DNA of 48,765 nucleotides from a virus (Duplodnaviria; Heunggongvirae; Uroviricota; Caudoviricetes): IMG/VR virus record IMGVR_UViG_2877982868_000002; one strand, 5' to 3'. Shown piece by piece: positions 48,075 to 48,765 of this stretch (position 1 is its first letter; each line of letters starts with the position of its first letter). The notes under the pieces were generated by a model. It saw only the letters and a program-made list of their open reading frames with translations, ran no database searches and was not told where the DNA came from. The position numbers and the translations under genes were made by a program.

Positions 48075-48765
48075 ACTTATTCGCTATAACGACAATATCG
48101 TTGGTTATGGCTCCCGTGAGTTGCGGGTTGAGACAATAAGTTGCTGGCTGGCCAGACTGGTCATCGTCAATAAACATTACAGCCACCGTTTCGTAAATAA
48201 CTCCTACCTTCATCTGGGCATATTTTCAGAACGGGAACTTGTTGGCGTAATGCAATGGGGTTACGCCCTTAACCCAAACAGTGGTGCACGCGTCGTAACG
48301 GGTACGCAGAACCGAGAATATATGGAGCTTAACCGGCTATGGCTGCATGACTGTATGCCGAGAAACTCCGAATCAAGGGCAATCAGTTACGCGCTCAAGC
48401 TAATCAGGCAGCTTTATCCGCAGGTACAGTGGGTTCAGTCGTTTGCAGATGAGCGTTGTGGCTGTCTTGGTGTCGTGTATCAGGCAAGCAATTTTGATTA
48501 TGTAGGCAGCCATGAATCAATATTCTATGAACTTGATGGCGAGTGGTATCACGAGATTTGCAGGAATGCCATTAAACGAGGCGGACAACGAGGTGAACAT
48601 CTGAGGGCTAATATTGACAGAGCCAGTGTTCATAAGTTCCGACAGTTTCGTTACATCCGGTTTCTGAACAAGAGGGCCAGAAAACGCCTCAACACAAAGC
48701 TATTCAAAGTCCAGCCTTACCCAAAACCACAAACAGTTAAAACTGGTTTGAAAGAGAGTGAATGA
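48028..48765 (+). CDS. mom: Mom DNA-modification protein (adenine N6-carbamoylmethyl modification, anti-restriction)
   Basis: 245 aa; near-colinear similarity pattern to Mu Mom ([78 protein letters not shown]); stop is the last codon of window. Confidence 0.85.

Larger units (their letters stand above)
9672..48765. mobile_element. Mu-like transposable prophage (left end to window edge; right end and target-site duplication outside window)
   Basis: Colinear Mu gene order from repressor/ner/A/B through gin/com/mom; adhesin repeat pattern breaks at ~9665-9685; exact terminus not resolvable. Confidence 0.85.

Overview
The window holds two things. (1) nt 1-9684: the 3'-proximal 9.7 kb of a giant, high-GC gene encoding more than 3,200 aa of ~100-aa Ig-like tandem repeats (a BapA-like surface adhesin), entering from the left window edge and stopping abruptly mid-repeat. 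(2) From about nt 9672 to the right window edge: a nearly complete Mu-like transposable prophage (~39 kb; its right end lies beyond the window) that appears to have inserted into the adhesin gene. Prophage order is canonical Mu: repressor (minus strand), operators, ner, DDE transposase A, ATPase B, small early genes, gam, an AT-rich semi-essential block of unknown small genes, GemA, Mor/C-like activator, lysis cassette (SAR endolysin, spanins, TraR-like, membrane protein), terminase small and large, portal (apparent frameshift), F, G, I, T major head, connector genes, sheath, tube, chaperone (with overlapping frameshift ORF), tape measure, N, baseplate, tail fibre whose C-terminal tip lies in a ~1.4 kb Gin-invertible segment with gix-like sites, gin, a cargo region (679-aa SGNH/SASA-like esterase plus two small genes), and com-mom. 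No rRNA, tRNA or CRISPR was seen. Most minus-strand ORFs in the track are antisense shadows of plus-strand genes. All functional calls are from motif and gene-order recognition without database searches.
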